From IMG/VR virus record IMGVR_UViG_3300010371_000034, positions 14,778 to 78,777 of that record: a stretch of DNA of 64,000 bases. The stretch is one strand, 5' to 3'. The stretch is from a virus. The notes beneath the pieces were generated by a model. That model ran no database searches and was not told the origin of the DNA. It saw only the letters and a program-made list of their open reading frames with translations. Numbering within the stretch: the first letter of the stretch is position 1; each line of letters begins with the position of its first letter. Made by a program: the position numbers and the translations under genes. Shown one piece after another: positions 9,144-18,712 of this stretch.

Positions 9144-10250
9144 CTAGTTGAGCACCACGATGCTGCTTACTTGCGAGCCGGCAGCGTCGGGCAAGGTAAC
9201 GAAGTTGTCAAGAATCGGTTTGCCGTCCTGCCGCAGCCACACCCGGAACATCGCTTGGTTGCGCTGGAAGGCGCTGGTGTTTGTCGAGTACGGCGCATGC
9301 TCGGACACGTCGATCACCACCTGCATCCGGTCGCCGATCGCGTACAGCGACGGGTCGGTCAGGATCAGGTCGCCCTTGGTGCCGATAGCCGGCAGCTTGT
9401 CGGTGACGTACAGCGGCCGGTTGGCCAGGTATCCCACGCACTCATCGGCGTCGTCCCGCCGGTTGATGTTCGGTATGTAGCCGGTGATCCCTATGATGTC
9501 GGCCAGCGCCGTCACCGAGCAGCACCATATCGCGTTGGCCCAGCCCATCGGCAGCAGCATGGCCACCATCGCCTTGACGTCGGCCTGAGCGATATGGTTG
9601 GAGCCAGCCCTGTTTTGCAGCAGCGCGCACGGGGCGTTTAGCATGCCCAGCGGCAGGGAGTTGGCCGCGCCCGTGCCGTTGAAGAACGCGTACTCCGCGT
9701 ACCACGCTCCCGCCTGTCCGAAGTTCTGTAGCAGCCGGTCATCGGCGCCAGGACCCATGTCCATCAGCAGTTGGTTGGAAGCGATCGCGTAGTACAGGTT
9801 GTCCCAGGCGTGCAGCGTCATTGAACGGAACTGCGGCTCGAACTCGTTGGCGCTGAGCAGCCCCATCTGGGCGCCCCAGGTCGACAGGATGCCGCCGAAG
9901 AACGGCACGGTGCCGGCGGCCTGCGCGGTGGTCGCGTCCAGCATCGGGCAGGTCATCTCCAGCGACGCCATCGGCTGCACGTGAGCCCTGCGATAGATGA
10001 TCGACCGCTCAGCCAGTGGCTTGATGAACCGGGCGGTGTAGTCCATCGGCACCAGCCAACCGCCGGCGGCGCCCGACAGCTCGTCGTTGGCGGCAGACTT
10101 CTGTACGGAAGTGTGGACGCCACCCTGCCGCTCGATCGCGTCGGGGTTGCCGCGCGCGACCGCCCGCAGGAACCCGCCGAAGGACTTGCGTTCTTCGGTA
10201 AGTCCTGAACCGTTGCGGGTCGGTACCGTTCTGTCGATGACTGCCGCCAT
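9144..10250 (-). CDS. second HK97-fold major capsid-like protein
   Basis: GGWLVP, EPQF, ASNQLL.D, F.NGTG...PLG, L..RP....LP..G.KGD, F..NQ..FR...R.DG.P. Confidence 0.85.
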   Translation of the reverse strand: MAAVIDRTVPTRNGSGLTEERKSFGGFLRAVARGNPDAIERQGGVHTSVQKSAANDELSGAAGGWLVPMDYTARFIKPLAERSIIYRRAHVQPMASLEMTCPMLDATTAQAAGTVPFFGGILSTWGAQMGLLSANEFEPQFRSMTLHAWDNLYYAIASNQLLMDMGPGADDRLLQNFGQAGAWYAEYAFFNGTGAANSLPLGMLNAPCALLQNRAGSNHIAQADVKAMVAMLLPMGWANAIWCCSVTALADIIGITGYIPNINRRDDADECVGYLANRPLYVTDKLPAIGTKGDLILTDPSLYAIGDRMQVVIDVSEHAPYSTNTSAFQRNQAMFRVWLRQDGKPILDNFVTLPDAAGSQVSSIVVLN

Positions 10251-10324
10251 GTTGGGTGCCCGGTTTGTTGGTTATTTGTGTCGGCCTGCGGTATCGGCTC
10301 AGCCCGACTGCCAGCCGTTGGTTG

Positions 10325-11743
10325 TCAGTGCAGCACGACGAACGGGCTGATTTGCCACCCTTGGGCATCCTGAATCGGTTGCTGGAGCCAGGGCTTGCCG
10401 TCGCAGCGCGTGATAACCCTCCACATCAGCTGGTTGCTCTGGAACAGCACGTGCGGGCTGACGTCGATCTGCATGTCCATGCGGTTGCCGACCACGTACC
10501 GGCTGAAGTCCGACAGCATCACGTCGCCCGTGGTGCCCAGCGTCGGCAGGCACTCGGTTAAGTACACCGGCAGGCCGTTGAAGAACACCATCGGCAGCTT
10601 CATCGCGGCCGGCCCGACCTGCCCGTTGCCGAACGGGCTGACCCAGATCAGCTGGTTGCGGGTAGAGTTGTCCACCATCTGCGCCAGCTCCGGCAGCACG
10701 CTCTGGTGCATGATCCAGCAGGCGGTGTCCCAGCTCCTGATCTGCGCGTGCGCCATCATCGCGCAGGCGTCGGCGTACTTGAAGTGTCCGGGGGTCGTGC
10801 GGCCCTGGAGCAGCGTCGCGGGACTGTTGATGATGCCCAGCGGCATCGAGGCGCCGGCACCGAGGCCCTGGAGGAAGGCGTACTGCTTGTAAAAGCCGAT
10901 GCCCCAGCCGAACAGCTGTGTCAGCAGCGCGTCCAGGCCGATGCCGTTGTCGGCGAGCAACTGGTTGGAGGAAACCGTCACGCCCACCAAGTCCCACGCG
11001 GTCCAAGTTGACTGGCGGAACTGCGGCTGCGTCTGGTTGTAGGTGACCGCCTCCGGCTGCCACTGGAACAGGATGCCGCCGCCGTAGGGCGTGGTGCCCC
11101 GGCTCTGCGCGGTCATGATGTCCAGCATCGGCAGGTCCATCGTCCTGCTGTTCATCGGAATCTGCTTGCACCGCTGCTCGACGAAGGCGTCCTCGCCCGC
11201 GATCGTCTGGAGCTCGGCCATGAACTGCGGCGGGATTGTGTAGCCGCCGGCCATGCCGCTGTTCTCGGCCAGCGCGGTCTTGCGGCGCTCGTTGAGCAGC
11301 ACCTTCTTGGTCCGCGGGTCCCAGCCGGGGACGCCCTTCTCCTTGGCCTTGACCACCGGCGTGCAGCCGTATTGCGCCTCAAGCTTGTCAGCGTCGTAGT
11401 CGCTGGCCCAGTCCGGCAGGTTGCGGGCGTACGCCATCGCGTCCTTGTCGCCGGCCAGCGCGGCCATCTTGATGAAGCACGGACCCATGCCGCTGAGCCG
11501 CTTCTCCTTGCCCGCGGTCAGGTGGTTGACCGCCGCGGAAGCGTAGGCGCCGCCCAGGTTGGCGTACTTGTATTTGTCCACTTCCCACGGGCCGGGAGCC
11601 TCCTGCGCGAATCCGGTGAACAGGCCGCGGGGATCGACCCCCTTGGCGGGAGTGCGCTCCATCTCGTCCAGGCGCTTGGTCAGAGCCTTGGTCATCTCGA
11701 CCGAGCCCATGATCAGTTTGGTTTCTTCGGCGGTCAGAGCCAT
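10325..11743 (-). CDS. major capsid protein (HK97 fold) with N-terminal scaffold/delta domain
   Basis: GGYTIPP, QPQF, VSSNQLLAD, GLPV....LP.LG..GDV, FQSNQ..WR...R.DGKP; GGGGAG RBS before ATG 11743. Confidence 0.92.
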   Translation of the reverse strand: MALTAEETKLIMGSVEMTKALTKRLDEMERTPAKGVDPRGLFTGFAQEAPGPWEVDKYKYANLGGAYASAAVNHLTAGKEKRLSGMGPCFIKMAALAGDKDAMAYARNLPDWASDYDADKLEAQYGCTPVVKAKEKGVPGWDPRTKKVLLNERRKTALAENSGMAGGYTIPPQFMAELQTIAGEDAFVEQRCKQIPMNSRTMDLPMLDIMTAQSRGTTPYGGGILFQWQPEAVTYNQTQPQFRQSTWTAWDLVGVTVSSNQLLADNGIGLDALLTQLFGWGIGFYKQYAFLQGLGAGASMPLGIINSPATLLQGRTTPGHFKYADACAMMAHAQIRSWDTACWIMHQSVLPELAQMVDNSTRNQLIWVSPFGNGQVGPAAMKLPMVFFNGLPVYLTECLPTLGTTGDVMLSDFSRYVVGNRMDMQIDVSPHVLFQSNQLMWRVITRCDGKPWLQQPIQDAQGWQISPFVVLH

Positions 11744-11762
11744 CTGTCGTCTCCCCTTTGTC

Positions 11763-11814
11763 AAAAGAAAAACCCGCGTTGACCGGCACCGTGCGGTGCA
11801 GCCATTCGCGGGTT
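11763..11814 (-). terminator. intrinsic terminator/attenuator-like hairpin in capsid leader
   Basis: AACCCGCG...CGCGGGTT stem followed by TTTTCTTTT just upstream of the MCP RBS. Confidence 0.5.
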
Positions 11815-11871
11815 CTGCGGGAGTCGCCACCAGGCGGGCCGCCGATAGTCCGTGTTCGGGTGTGTTGTCTT

Positions 11872-12054
11872 CTACTTCGCTTCCACCTTGCTCTCTATCC
11901 ACGTCCGCCTGACGCAGCCCTCGTTCATCACGGCCCGCCAGGCTATCTCGCCGGTCACCTTGTCGGCCCGGCGGTTGATCAGGTCGCGCAGCACGGTCTC
12001 CGCCAGCTTGCGCTCCTGCTCGGTCGCCATCTTCAGCAGTTGGTCCATCGCCAT
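11872..12054 (-). CDS. hypothetical protein (MAMDQLLK...)
   Basis: TAATG coupling with upstream gene. Confidence 0.45.
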   Translation of the reverse strand: MAMDQLLKMATEQERKLAETVLRDLINRRADKVTGEIAWRAVMNEGCVRRTWIESKVEAK

Positions 12055-12386
12055 TACTTGTCGACCCCCGCCATCTGCCGCAGCTGGGCCATCCGGGCCG
12101 CCCACTGCCCGTCCTCGGCGAAGTCCGGCGCGAGGTTGATCTCGACCGTGATCTTGCCGCCCTTGGTCAGCAGTATCTTGTGCAGCAGCTGGTCGTCTCG
12201 GCAATCGACTGCGAACACCAGATGGCTCTCCAGCGAGGGTCCGTCCAGCTGCCCCGCATCTGCGAGCAGCGCATGCTCGATCGCTTGCAACACCGCCGCC
12301 AGCTTGGGCGACGGATCGGCCGCAGCAGAGACGGTCGGCACCTCACGGTGCTCGCTCCAAATCAGTCTTTTTAGCCACCGCGGCAT
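12054..12386 (-). CDS. hypothetical protein
   Basis: ORF with GAGG RBS in operon. Confidence 0.5.
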   Translation of the reverse strand: MPRWLKRLIWSEHREVPTVSAAADPSPKLAAVLQAIEHALLADAGQLDGPSLESHLVFAVDCRDDQLLHKILLTKGGKITVEINLAPDFAEDGQWAARMAQLRQMAGVDK

Positions 12387-12585
12387 GTTGCCTCGCTATC
12401 ATCGCCCTGGCCAGCTGCGCCCCCACCGCTCTCGCAGTGCAGCTGGTCGCGTACCTGGCGGCGAAACCCACTTCTCGTTTTATTCCGACCCCCGTAAGAC
12501 TGCCGGTCATCACGTCGGCGTATACCCGGCCCCACAGCACCTGCCAGCCTGGCAGCACCGGCACGCCTGGGTATCTGTCCGTCAT
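12343..12585 (-). CDS. hypothetical protein
   Basis: ATGA overlap with protease stop. Confidence 0.4.
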   Translation of the reverse strand: MTDRYPGVPVLPGWQVLWGRVYADVMTGSLTGVGIKREVGFAARYATSCTARAVGAQLARAMIARQHAAVAKKTDLERAP

Positions 12586-15500
12586 CGCCGGCTCCCGTTG
12601 AGGCCGACACGCTTGACGGTAGTCTCAAGCTCCATCGCGGAGTCCCGCAGCATGTCGAACAGCGCCTTCTGCTCTTCGTTGGTCGATTCCTCGGCCTTCT
12701 GCTCGGTCTCGGCGCCGGCTTCTTCCTTCTCCTCCTCCGGCTCGTCCTCCTTGGTCTCCTCCGGGTTGCCCATGTCGTTGAGGGCCTTCTTCAACCGCTT
12801 GGCGTTGTAGGACAGCGCGTCCTTGTGGTGTTCGGGAACGTCGGGGGCGCCCTTGAGCGACTGCATGTGGTCCAGCGCCTTGCCCATCGCGGCCTCGTGC
12901 GTGCCGTCCTCCAGCCCCTTGGCCAGCGCGTCGCCGTGCATGTCCAGCGCGGACTTGTGGTGCTCCGGCATGTCGTGCGCCACGGCCATGCCTTTCATCG
13001 CCGCGGACACTGACTTGATCGTCTCGGCGTGCTCCTCCTTCAACTCGGCGGGGTTGCCCTCGTCGTGCAGGTCGCCCATCGCGCCCTTGCCGCTGTCCAG
13101 ATTGCCGGGGTCGGAGACGGAGGACTTGCGGCGGAGTGATTTATATGCGGGGGATTTTCCAATCTTTTTGTCATCATGACCGTCTTCATATCCTGTGTTA
13201 TAGTCTTGAAATTCCCTTGTACCATTTTTGTATGGATTATTATGAATTTTACCACCATATCCAGCAACATAACCTGCCTTGAAAGCAGTGTCCAATGCTT
13301 TCTGCGCATGCCTCGGCAGCACCAGCCACTTGCGGCCGTCGCTGCCCGACTTGACCACGCCGCCCGCCGCCAGCACCTTGGCCACCTTCGCGGCCGACGC
13401 CTTGCGCGTGCCCCAGCGGCCCTTTTCGTTCTGGTAGCGCTCCAGTATCTCTTCAGTCGACGGATCGGATTCCTCCGCCTCGTCGCCCAGCGCTCCCTGG
13501 TGCTCTGGCTCGGCTGCTTCCTCGGCCGCCCACTCCGGCGAACCGATCTCGGACTTGTCCTCCTCGCCCTCCAGATCAGCCTGCAGCGCGTCATCCTCTT
13601 CCATATCGACCTCGCCGCCCAGGTCCATGTCCACTTCGGGAATCTCCCCGCGATCGACCAGGTTGGCCTCGCCCACTTCCTCGTTGGTGGTGTCGCTCAA
13701 CCCCTTGCCGACCTCCTCGATGTCCTTCTCGCTGTGCTCGCCGAACATCGCCTTCAGCGACTCGGCCCGCTCGCCCAGCGACGCCAGGTGCTCGGTCAGC
13801 GCCTTATGCGCCTTGTTCTCCGCGCCGGTCTGCGGGTCAAACGGAGTGATGTCCTTGAGCGCCTCGGTCAGGTAGTCGCGGTCGGACTTGGCGGACTGGT
13901 ACAGGTGAGCCATCGCCACTTCGTGGGGCGCGACGTCCATCGGGGCCGGGTCGTCGCTTTGCACCTCGGCGCCATCGTCGACCGATTCCTTCTGCACTCT
14001 CGTCTTCATGTTCTTTCTCCCGGCCAGCAGCTCCTTCGCTCCGTCCACCCAGCCAGCGTCCCAGTCCTCGCGGTACTGCGGGCCGCGGCCCTCGTTGTCG
14101 TTCTTGTAGGGGTTGGTGCTGCGGGCGCGGCCATCCCACGCGGCGACGTAGCCTTGGTCGTATTGGGTGTCCATGTCCTTGCGGCGGTTGAACGACTTCT
14201 TCAACCACACTTGCAAGGTATCCTTTGTACCTATCTGCCGTGGGTTAGGCACGCTGGCCAGATACCCGCCTAGTTTGTAATCCTCACTGTCCTCCGGCTT
14301 ATCATATAACCAGTCGACCAGCTGGTCGTACTCGCCGTCGGACATCGTCACCCGCTTGCCGGCCTTCAGGTCGAGCCACTTGCTGCCCAGTCCCGACTTC
14401 TGCGCGATGTACCCGCCCGACGCGCCGGAGGTCTCGCCAAGCGATTTTTCAACCTTTCCATCATTCACTTCCGCAATCGTTTCTCCATGCTCATTTTCAA
14501 TACTCACGCCGAATGATGGTTGCAATTCTTCTTCCATCTTTATTGCAGCGACAATAGCTTGCTGTTCTGAGCCGTTTACCGTTTTAGTTCCTTTGGAGGA
14601 AACTAAACGGTAACGATTTTTTTGCACCAGTCCTTTTGCCTTCCCGCCGCTGCCGTCGTCCAGGCCGTTCAGCCAGTCCTTGCCCGCCGGAGTGTGCGGA
14701 TCGTAGGGGCAGTCCCCACTGGACTTGCCACGCTTTCCCGCGGCGAACCCCTCGCGGTACTCCTTGCTGCCGTAGTCCTTCCGCAGCGCCTTCTCCCTTC
14801 CGGTACCGCCGCAAGCCGTGCATTCGATCATTTCGCCGTTGCCGCTCCTGACCCATCCACGACCTTTACAGCGTTTACAGGGGTCTACGCCAGCTTTCAG
14901 TACCTTCGTCACCCGCGCCATCGACCCCTTCGCCACCGCCCGGCCGTCGGCTCGGTGCGCGACGTGGATCGGTCCCTGCTTGGTGCGGTAGGTGGCGATG
15001 TATCCCTTGCCCACCCGTCGCAGCAGGCTCTTCTTGCCGCACGCCGCGCCGAACATGCCGCGCTGCGCCTCGGTCAGCGGCTGGCCGTTAGCCTCACCGT
15101 CGCGGAGGATTTGGCAGGCGTCCGAGGAGGTGATCTCTTCAGAGGGTTGCGCCTTGGTCATATCGATCTCCCCCTCGCCGCGGCCGTGGTCCATGTCGGC
15201 CTGGACGAGGGCCTTGTGCCGCTTCCACAGCGCTTTCGCCTTGCCGCACGGGCAGGCGTCGCCCTTGGAGCAGGCGGAGCAGCCGCAGGATTTGCGCGTA
15301 ACTTCACGGCTCTTGATCTGCTGTTGTTTCGGCATCGGACACCACCCCGTGAAGCAGCCGCCGGATTCGTTGGTCGATTTGATCGCGCACGTGCCGCGGA
15401 TGCACTTCTCCATCCGGTTGCTGATGTGGCCATGCTCCTTGTCCGCGATGTCCCGCCACTCGCACATCTTGTCGTGGCAGTCGCGGCACCAATCCTTCAG

Positions 15501-16154
15501 CTCGGCCGGCGCGGACTTGTACCACTTGGGTTGCACCGTGGCGAACGGGTTGCTGGGCACGCCGACCCAGCTGCCCTCGGTCTCGTCCCACCGGATGAAG
15601 TCGTATCCGCCAATGTCGCCTTGGTGCTGGTGCGCCTTGACCCGTTCCTTGCGCTGCGCCTCGATCGGCACGAACGCTACGGAGGTGGCGTTGACGAACC
15701 CGCGGTCAACCTTGCCCTTGAGGAAAGCGGCGTCCGGGTCCACCATGTCCCACCAGCACCACTGCTGCATCCGGTTCTCTTCCGGGAAGCAGCACAGCCG
15801 GCCGTCCGGCGACATCGCCTTGCCCACCGGTATCTGCCACTCCTGGTGCCCGAAGAACCACACCGGGTTCCTCTGGTAGTTCCCAAGGTAGGCGCCCATC
15901 GGGTGGACCGTGTCGCCGACCCGGTCCTCTTCAAGGCTGACCAGCGTAGCGACCGTGTACTGCTCCTTGCGGTCTTCGGCGCCCGTCACCCCGCTGCGGC
16001 CGTATCCCAGCACCGCCGAACCGTCTGGAGAGTCTTTGTAGATGTAGCAATAGTTCTCGACCAGCGACTTGGTCGACAGCGAGCCATCGCGCAGCGCCTT
16101 CTCGATCGCGCCGCGGCGGGAGGCCACGTCAGCTACGGATGGGTGTACCAGCAA
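12582..16154 (-). CDS. HK97-type prohead protease with ~950-aa modular C-terminal extension
   Basis: DRVGD.V.P.G....Y.RNPV.FFGH...PVGK, G...ATSVAF.P, E.SWVGVPSNP.A in first ~210 aa; acidic scaffold-like stretch and small modules after. Confidence 0.85.
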   Translation of the reverse strand: MLVHPSVADVASRRGAIEKALRDGSLSTKSLVENYCYIYKDSPDGSAVLGYGRSGVTGAEDRKEQYTVATLVSLEEDRVGDTVHPMGAYLGNYQRNPVWFFGHQEWQIPVGKAMSPDGRLCCFPEENRMQQWCWWDMVDPDAAFLKGKVDRGFVNATSVAFVPIEAQRKERVKAHQHQGDIGGYDFIRWDETEGSWVGVPSNPFATVQPKWYKSAPAELKDWCRDCHDKMCEWRDIADKEHGHISNRMEKCIRGTCAIKSTNESGGCFTGWCPMPKQQQIKSREVTRKSCGCSACSKGDACPCGKAKALWKRHKALVQADMDHGRGEGEIDMTKAQPSEEITSSDACQILRDGEANGQPLTEAQRGMFGAACGKKSLLRRVGKGYIATYRTKQGPIHVAHRADGRAVAKGSMARVTKVLKAGVDPCKRCKGRGWVRSGNGEMIECTACGGTGREKALRKDYGSKEYREGFAAGKRGKSSGDCPYDPHTPAGKDWLNGLDDGSGGKAKGLVQKNRYRLVSSKGTKTVNGSEQQAIVAAIKMEEELQPSFGVSIENEHGETIAEVNDGKVEKSLGETSGASGGYIAQKSGLGSKWLDLKAGKRVTMSDGEYDQLVDWLYDKPEDSEDYKLGGYLASVPNPRQIGTKDTLQVWLKKSFNRRKDMDTQYDQGYVAAWDGRARSTNPYKNDNEGRGPQYREDWDAGWVDGAKELLAGRKNMKTRVQKESVDDGAEVQSDDPAPMDVAPHEVAMAHLYQSAKSDRDYLTEALKDITPFDPQTGAENKAHKALTEHLASLGERAESLKAMFGEHSEKDIEEVGKGLSDTTNEEVGEANLVDRGEIPEVDMDLGGEVDMEEDDALQADLEGEEDKSEIGSPEWAAEEAAEPEHQGALGDEAEESDPSTEEILERYQNEKGRWGTRKASAAKVAKVLAAGGVVKSGSDGRKWLVLPRHAQKALDTAFKAGYVAGYGGKIHNNPYKNGTREFQDYNTGYEDGHDDKKIGKSPAYKSLRRKSSVSDPGNLDSGKGAMGDLHDEGNPAELKEEHAETIKSVSAAMKGMAVAHDMPEHHKSALDMHGDALAKGLEDGTHEAAMGKALDHMQSLKGAPDVPEHHKDALSYNAKRLKKALNDMGNPEETKEDEPEEEKEEAGAETEQKAEESTNEEQKALFDMLRDSAMELETTVKRVGLNGSRR

Positions 16155-16163
16155 AGCGGTCCC

Positions 16164-16541
16164 CTAGTTCTTGCCCCTGGTCAGCAGGTCGTTGACCTCG
16201 ACCAGTATCTCGTCGCAGATCACCTTGTACGCCTGCCACTTGCGGTCCCACGCGGCCAGCTCGTCCTGGTTCTTGTCGTGGGCGCCTTGGTCGTAGCTGG
16301 CCGAGAACCCGGTGATGTTGCCCTTGTCGTCGAACCCGCTGGGCAGCACCGTCACCTGTCCGCGCAGCATGTCAGGCACCTGGGGCTGAGGGCTGCACGC
16401 GAACATGTACGCCTTGTGCAGCTCCAGCGGCTCCAGCGACCACACCGGCAATTGCCCGCCGGCAACCGTGCTGATGAACGCGGTGGGCGGCGCTTCTTGC
16501 CAGTTTCCCAGCGGATCAAGCTGTACGATGACCACGGACAT
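16164..16541 (-). CDS. hypothetical protein (MSVVIVQLDP...)
   Basis: coding-like composition from ATG 16541. Confidence 0.5.
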   Translation of the reverse strand: MSVVIVQLDPLGNWQEAPPTAFISTVAGGQLPVWSLEPLELHKAYMFACSPQPQVPDMLRGQVTVLPSGFDDKGNITGFSASYDQGAHDKNQDELAAWDRKWQAYKVICDEILVEVNDLLTRGKN

Positions 16542-16630
16542 CAGAGGAATTCTAATTTCGGAACACGGGATTTTCAATGCTGAAATTGAATTAATAATCG
16601 GGAAAACCACCCGCGAAGCTGTCCGCGGAA

Positions 16631-16882
16631 CTACCCTATCGCGTTGATGTAGCGCACCTTGCGGTAACCGCCGTCCTCGAAGATCACCGTCTCCGGCAGG
16701 CCCATCCGCCTGATCTTCACGCGCACCGAGCTCATGAGGCAGCGCAGCGTGCCGACGCTCATCTGCGAGTCCAGCATCAGGCATAGGTCCTCGACCTCAT
16801 GCACCTCGCCGTCCGCCATCGCATCCCACAGCTTCTGTTCGGCGGTGTTCAGTTTGTCTCGGTCCTCGAACTTGGCCATCAT
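16631..16882 (-). CDS. small winged-helix-like DNA-binding protein
   Basis: LT..EQKL...MADG..H.V.DL...S..TLR..M...R.K...GGY pattern. Confidence 0.5.
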   Translation of the reverse strand: MMAKFEDRDKLNTAEQKLWDAMADGEVHEVEDLCLMLDSQMSVGTLRCLMSSVRVKIRRMGLPETVIFEDGGYRKVRYINAIG

Positions 16883-17109
16883 TTCGCCTCCGCCATGTAG
16901 ACTCGCATCCCGCAGCTAACTGGTTGATTTGCGGCATCTGTGCCGGCAGTCGGGCAGCCGACGCACGGCCGCGGGCCGAAGCCTGGGTCTATCCTCGTCT
17001 GGCACTCCGACCTTCTGCACCGGACCACTCGACCGCACGACGGGCACCTGCCGACCATGACGTCGTCGGGGTCACCTTGCGGAGCAGAGTTCGTGGTATT
17101 CCTCAGCAT
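16879..17109 (-). CDS. small Cys-rich (Zn ribbon) protein
   Basis: CPSC...C..CP...CG; GAGG RBS. Confidence 0.5.
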   Translation of the reverse strand: MLRNTTNSAPQGDPDDVMVGRCPSCGRVVRCRRSECQTRIDPGFGPRPCVGCPTAGTDAANQPVSCGMRVYMAEAK

Positions 17110-17899
17110 GTCGATTCCTCAGTTTGTCCAGTGCGCAATGCTTGATCTGCCGCACGCGTTCCTTGGTCAGGTGCAGCGCGTCGCCCAGCTGCCGCAGGGT
17201 CTTGCCGTTCATGTAGTACCCGACCAGTATCCGCCGCTCGACAGAGCTTATCACGCGGGAATGTAGCACCATCTCGGTCGCCTCGTAGTTGACCTTGTGC
17301 TCCTCCCCAACCGTCAGCCAGTAGTCGGCCGGCTCGTTCTTGGCGATGTCGGTGTCGTAGCAGTCCACCATCGGCGCCAGCACCCTCTCAGCGGCCTCCA
17401 CAGATACCATCAGCTTCTTGCGAAGCTTTTCGCCCGCCTGCTTCCTCTTGATCAACTTCCACAGGTAGTCCGGCACCCGCACCTGGTTGTCGTGCGACGA
17501 ACGCTGCCTCCGCGCCTTCAGCATCTCCGTCGCGATAGCCTTGCTGGCGTAGGTGATGAATTTGACCGGCCTGCCGTCCTTGATGAAATCGCCCCTGTAG
17601 TTGTAGATCGCCGCTATGACAGCCAGATTGCCCTCGGACACCATGTCCAGCATCTCCTGCTGGCCGCACCTGTTCAGCCTGGTAGCTATCGACACCACCA
17701 GCGGTAGGAAGCTGACCATCACTCGGTTCCTGGCCGCGACGCCCTCGGCGGCCAGCTCGCTCAATTCGACGCACGGCCTGCCGCGCTCGCTCAGCTGCTT
17801 TTCTGCCGTCCTGCCAGCCTGCGCCTGCTCTATCAGCGGCACCAGCTGCTCCTGCGGAATCTGCTCCAGGTTGTTGAGCTCGCTCATGTACTCGCGCAT
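17072..17899 (-). CDS. RNA polymerase sigma-70 family factor
   Basis: region 1.2 MREYMSEL; region 2 ARNR...LPLVVSIA...DMVSEGN...KFITYA; VRVP; region 4 TLRQLG..L.LTKERVRQI...AL.KLR. Confidence 0.92.
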   Translation of the reverse strand: MREYMSELNNLEQIPQEQLVPLIEQAQAGRTAEKQLSERGRPCVELSELAAEGVAARNRVMVSFLPLVVSIATRLNRCGQQEMLDMVSEGNLAVIAAIYNYRGDFIKDGRPVKFITYASKAIATEMLKARRQRSSHDNQVRVPDYLWKLIKRKQAGEKLRKKLMVSVEAAERVLAPMVDCYDTDIAKNEPADYWLTVGEEHKVNYEATEMVLHSRVISSVERRILVGYYMNGKTLRQLGDALHLTKERVRQIKHCALDKLRNRHAEEYHELCSAR

Positions 17900-17927
17900 T
17901 GGTGTCCCTCTCCGTTGCGTGGATTGG

Positions 17928-18620
17928 TTAGGTATACCCAAAATGCGGGCATATCCCACCGTTCTGCCTTTTACCCCAGTTACAGTTAGCGCACAGCACT
18001 TGAAACCCTTCAGGAAACTTATGCCTCTTTAGCCACAGGTATAAAGCACCGCTACCTATCTCCCTACGATGAACTGCGCCATCGTTTTCAACATGGTCTA
18101 TCTGTAGAAACAAAACCTCCGTCTCGCCGCAGCAATTGCACCTATACCCACCATACGCGGCAAATACATCGTCCTTTAATTTCCTACCCCGTTTAATGTA
18201 ATAGTCTTTGCATTGCTGGCAGTGCTTCGTTCCAGATACTATATCACTCGATCCACATTTCAGGCATTGTTTGTTTTGTAGTCGTTTCTTTCTACGTTCC
18301 TTGTGGCAATCCAAGCCTCTCTGCCGACATACCAGACACCTTTTCTTTCCCTCTGTCAATTCCCTACCACACTGAGGGCAGATTCCAGTACCAACCCTTC
18401 TCTTCTTCCTGGTATGGTAATACTTCTTTGATTTTTGTAAGCATGATTCGCATATATCCTTGCCGTTGCTACGATCATGCGCCGTACAGCATTTTGGACA
18501 TTTTCCGGCTGCCACCCGCCTAGCATATCTACCAGAGTCTCTTTTCTTTTGTTTACCTAGACAAGCCCAGCATAATCCACCTTCCCTATCAACCGACTTT
18601 CCACAGTGCAAGCAATTCAT
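17928..18620 (-). CDS. free-standing HNH homing endonuclease with N-terminal CxxC repeats
   Basis: AYGG.RCNCCGE....LQIDHVENDG...LCANCN; AT-rich relative to flanks. Confidence 0.85.
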   Translation of the reverse strand: MNCLHCGKSVDREGGLCWACLGKQKKRDSGRYARRVAAGKCPKCCTAHDRSNGKDICESCLQKSKKYYHTRKKRRVGTGICPQCGRELTEGKKRCLVCRQRGLDCHKERRKKRLQNKQCLKCGSSDIVSGTKHCQQCKDYYIKRGRKLKDDVFAAYGGYRCNCCGETEVLFLQIDHVENDGAVHRREIGSGALYLWLKRHKFPEGFQVLCANCNWGKRQNGGICPHFGYT

Positions 18621-18640
18621 TACCGGCGTCTCCCCCGGTT

Positions 18641-18710
18641 GTCTCAAGTGTAGCGGTGGAAGGCGGTGAGACTTACCGCTTTGTCGGGTGCCCCCTATCC
18701 ACCACTATAC
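18641..18710 (-). ncRNA. structured RNA motif copy 1 upstream of HNH gene
   Basis: 12/13-bp outer stem, TAGG..CCCGA core, GCGGT/ACCGC hairpin whose GTCTCA can pair with downstream TGAGAC. Confidence 0.55.
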
Positions 18711-18712
18711 AG

